From NCBI GenBank assembly GCA_040219255.1, contig JAVJSW010000037.1:160001-224000 (forward strand): a DNA stretch of 64,000 bases, given 5' to 3'. A program made the translations under genes and the position numbers. This document shows, in pieces, positions 61,147 to 64,000 of this stretch. The stretch's first letter is position 1. Every line of letters starts with the position of its first letter. Under the pieces are notes generated by a model, which saw only the letters and a program-made list of their open reading frames with translations, was not told where the DNA came from and did not search any database. Source of the DNA: Sumerlaeia bacterium. Its GTDB lineage: Bacteria > Sumerlaeota > Sumerlaeia > SLMS01 > JAHLLQ01.

Positions 61147-62934
61147 ATGAATACGAAAAATGGAATCAAACCGATTGGCATCCTGGCGCTGGCGGCCCTT
61201 TTCGCCACGCCACTGGCGGGACAGGATTTTCCCGGGACGGAGCGACAGGGCGATTACTCGGTCACCGGCGAGCACGACCGCACGAACTTGACCGGCATGG
61301 AGAATGTGGGGACGGGCCGGGATGTCGGCGATCCCGACCCGGCGGGCGAGTACGCCGCGCCCGGCGACCTGACGGTGACGGCCCCCGGATCGGGCCAGTC
61401 AGCCCGCATTCGGAACTTCTACTTCACGGAAGTCGATATTCCGCCGTCCGGCGATTTGACGGATGCGCGGGCGGAGCTGATGATCGACTTGCGGTCTCTT
61501 GTGGGGAAAAACGAAGCGGCCACGCGAGCTTTCTTCCGGCCGGATTTTTTCGACACGCGGGCGGTTCCCCTCGTTAAGGCGACCGTCGAGAATCCCGTTG
61601 CTGTGGACAATGAAGAAAACACTTATGAAGCCACCGCCGAAGTCGATCTCTTCGGGCGGCGAACGGATGTTCCGGTGCGCTTCGAAGTTCTCGATCGCGA
61701 CCCGCTTCGCGTGCGGGCAAACGTTCGAATGCGACGGACGGATTTCAACGCGGCGGGGGCGATGCCGGCTCGCGAATCGGCGGATGAAGAAGGCCGAGAT
61801 CGTGCGTCGGAAGAAACCCAGAGCCAACGAGCGGAGCCTTCCCAAATCTTGGCTTATGGGGTCTCTGGCACGACGCGCCCGGGTGCCGAGGAATCGGCTG
61901 GCGACATGACCACACCGGCCCCGCGCCAAGACCCTGCGCCGCCTCAGCCTTCGGAAGGCGTGCCGGACTATAATCTCCCGGGAGCTGTCGTCTATGAAGA
62001 CGCGGATGAGAATCTTGGGACCTACGCATCGCCCAAGACCTATAAGAAAAACCTGCAAGACGACCGGGGGAAGTTTGGGGTGCGAAGGACATTGGCAAAG
62101 CGGGAAAAAGTGAACGACAATCCGTTGAACGATGTCGATTCACAACTACAAGAATTGAACGAAACGGATGATCTGCCGCTGGCCTCTGCCGGAAACAAGA
62201 GCATTTCGACAAGCCATAATATCAACACGTCCGAAGGATCGATGAGCGCCGACACGATGCTCTTCAAAGAGACTTCGAATACATATTCGAACGCGCTGGC
62301 GGAATCGCGGGAAGTGGACAATGTGCAGCGGCGGGAAGATCCGCTGACGAGCGATCGCGAAGGCTTCCCGCGCGGGTCCTCGGATAACTTCACCAGCCTC
62401 GAAGACTACTACGCTTCGATTCGCTCCAGCGACGAGCCGGTGGATTTGACGATGGAGGCGGCCGTGGTGGAGGAAGACAAGCTCGTGAATTATTACGAGG
62501 ACCTCTATTATCAGCGGCTCCGGAATTTCGAGGCGATCCCCGAAAGTCAGGAAACGCCTCACGGTCCCGACGTTCACGAGCCGGATCCCTACGACTATGT
62601 CTATCCGATCGGCACGTACCCGAATTACGGCGGATACTATTCCGGCTATCCGAGTTACGTCGGAACTCAAGCCTACTATGGAGGCGGCTACTACGCGAGT
62701 CCCACCTACGGATATTACTCGCCGGGGTACTATGGCAACTACGGTTATGCGTACAGGAATCCCTACGGAATCCGGACCACGGGGCGCTACGCCGATAACT
62801 ACTATTACCATGGCGCCTATGGGGAGGGGCGAGTGGACCTCAACCCGGGGCCGGTGGAGCCGAGCAGCCGGGGTGAAATGGAGGCGGCCGGCGCGGAGTA
62901 CAATCCAGGCGGTGAAATCGAACTGTATCCGTAG
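61147..62934 (+). CDS. Secreted protein with YceI-like N-terminal region and Tyr/Gly-rich tail
   Basis: Signal peptide LAG-QD; IDLRSL...DFFD....P...LFG...RRTDF YceI-like pattern; YGGYY/YYG-rich tail. Confidence 0.7.
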   Translation: MNTKNGIKPIGILALAALFATPLAGQDFPGTERQGDYSVTGEHDRTNLTGMENVGTGRDVGDPDPAGEYAAPGDLTVTAPGSGQSARIRNFYFTEVDIPPSGDLTDARAELMIDLRSLVGKNEAATRAFFRPDFFDTRAVPLVKATVENPVAVDNEENTYEATAEVDLFGRRTDVPVRFEVLDRDPLRVRANVRMRRTDFNAAGAMPARESADEEGRDRASEETQSQRAEPSQILAYGVSGTTRPGAEESAGDMTTPAPRQDPAPPQPSEGVPDYNLPGAVVYEDADENLGTYASPKTYKKNLQDDRGKFGVRRTLAKREKVNDNPLNDVDSQLQELNETDDLPLASAGNKSISTSHNINTSEGSMSADTMLFKETSNTYSNALAESREVDNVQRREDPLTSDREGFPRGSSDNFTSLEDYYASIRSSDEPVDLTMEAAVVEEDKLVNYYEDLYYQRLRNFEAIPESQETPHGPDVHEPDPYDYVYPIGTYPNYGGYYSGYPSYVGTQAYYGGGYYASPTYGYYSPGYYGNYGYAYRNPYGIRTTGRYADNYYYHGAYGEGRVDLNPGPVEPSSRGEMEAAGAEYNPGGEIELYP

Positions 62935-62946
62935 GCTCTGCCTGCG

Positions 62947-63099
62947 TCAAGCCGGCGTCGGCTTACGGGCTGCGCGCCGGCATCGGTCGCTACAATAGCG
63001 GACCTTTTCCCAATCGCGCGCCCATTTCTTACGCCAGGCGAAGGGCCGCCCGCAATGGACGCAGATTTTCTCCGGCATATTGAGTTTCTTGTGAGCCAT
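62947..63099 (-). CDS. DUF2256 family small protein
   Basis: [36 protein letters not shown]; AAGG RBS. Confidence 0.85.
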   Translation of the reverse strand: MAHKKLNMPEKICVHCGRPFAWRKKWARDWEKVRYCSDRCRRAARKPTPA

Positions 63100-63329
63100 G
63101 GTGCCTTTCCGCCGTTCGAGGTCTCGCTCGGCGATAGAGATCAAGTTCGGCGCCAACGGTTCGGCGGAACCTCCACTCTGCCGAGGGCTGGACGCCGAGA
63201 ATTCGGCGCGAAACGCGGGCCGGACACCAGCTTCTCCCGGCGGGAAGCCGTTGCTGCCGCATCCGCCTGGCCGGAACGGCATCTGCGTAGGGCATCCCGC
63301 CATCTGGCAGGAAACGCCCCGGAGGACTC

Positions 63330-64000
63330 GTGTCGCAGATTTTCCATCCCAAGCATGACGGCATGCTGCGCGCCGTGTTCCTCGCCGTTCCCGTGGGGCT
63401 GGCGGGTGTGGCGGCGCTCTTGTATTTCTGGAACCAGCCGGACCACATCCGCGAAGTCGGAAAGGCCCACGTGCAGCCCGTGCCCTTCAGCCATCAGCAC
63501 CATGTCTCGGGTCTTGGGATCGATTGCCGGTATTGCCATACCTCGGTCGAGGAGTCGCCTTTCGCCGGCATTCCGCCGACGCACACTTGCATGAGCTGCC
63601 ACTCGCAGATTTGGGCCGACAGCGAGATGCTCGAGCCGGTGCGGGCCAGCTATTTCGAGAACCGCCCCATTGCCTGGAAACGCGTCCACGACCTGCCGGA
63701 CTTCGTTCAGTTCAAGCACAACGTCCACGTCAACGCGGGCGTCAGTTGCATCGAATGCCACGGCGAGGTCTCGGAAATGCCCCTCGTCTGGCAGGAAGAG
63801 CGGCTGTCCATGGGCTGGTGCCTGGATTGCCACAGGGAGCCCGGTGGCCGCGTCGGGCCCGAGCGCTATGTGGTGCCGAAGAATCTGACGGTTCGCCTGG
63901 AGGAAGGCCCGGACGCCGAGCGCGAGACCTGGAAATCCATCGGCGATTACCCCGTCGCGACGGTCGCCGCGGAATTCGAGAACTACGAACTCATCAACCG
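63330..64000 (+). CDS. actA: Multiheme cytochrome c, alternative complex III ActA-like (truncated by window end; absent from the ORF track)
   Basis: GGAGGA RBS and GTG start; [40 protein letters not shown]. Confidence 0.85.
   Translation, partial: MSQIFHPKHDGMLRAVFLAVPVGLAGVAALLYFWNQPDHIREVGKAHVQPVPFSHQHHVSGLGIDCRYCHTSVEESPFAGIPPTHTCMSCHSQIWADSEMLEPVRASYFENRPIAWKRVHDLPDFVQFKHNVHVNAGVSCIECHGEVSEMPLVWQEERLSMGWCLDCHREPGGRVGPERYVVPKNLTVRLEEGPDAERETWKSIGDYPVATVAAEFENYELIN

Overview
High-GC bacterial chromosomal window, densely coding and mostly housekeeping. I see no rRNA, canonical tRNA, CRISPR array, prophage or transposase. The cell envelope looks diderm (waaC-like and gmhB/hldC heptose genes). 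Gene content and a C-terminal 'GWxxH' tag tentatively suggest Candidatus Sumerlaeota/BRC1 or a PVC-related lineage (inference only). About 55 CDS: a GH31 glucosidase, coaBC, tpx, htpG, purSQ, an HD-GYP regulator, a slipin/SPFH protein, a Tro/Mnt ABC operon, sppA, rbfA, glgA, rsmE, sixA, ppdK, pyk, hpt, rplS, yajC-HD-secDF, ilvC, alaS, amtB, icd and a partial actA. The top finding is a ~270-nt structured non-coding element (15599-15870) upstream of the slipin gene. It carries tRNA-like D-, T- and Leu(CAG)-anticodon-like arms in a non-canonical order inside a long closing rod. Other findings: an overlooked Bfd-like [2Fe-2S] gene facing an HD-GYP protein with a D-to-N receiver, two permease-DtxR fusions, a GmhB-HldC fusion, a ppdK/sixA/kinase/pyk cluster, shared sigma54-like promoters of two low-complexity secreted proteins, and three kinds of extragenic inverted repeat. 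All structures were paired by eye and all products assigned by motif recognition; no searches were run.
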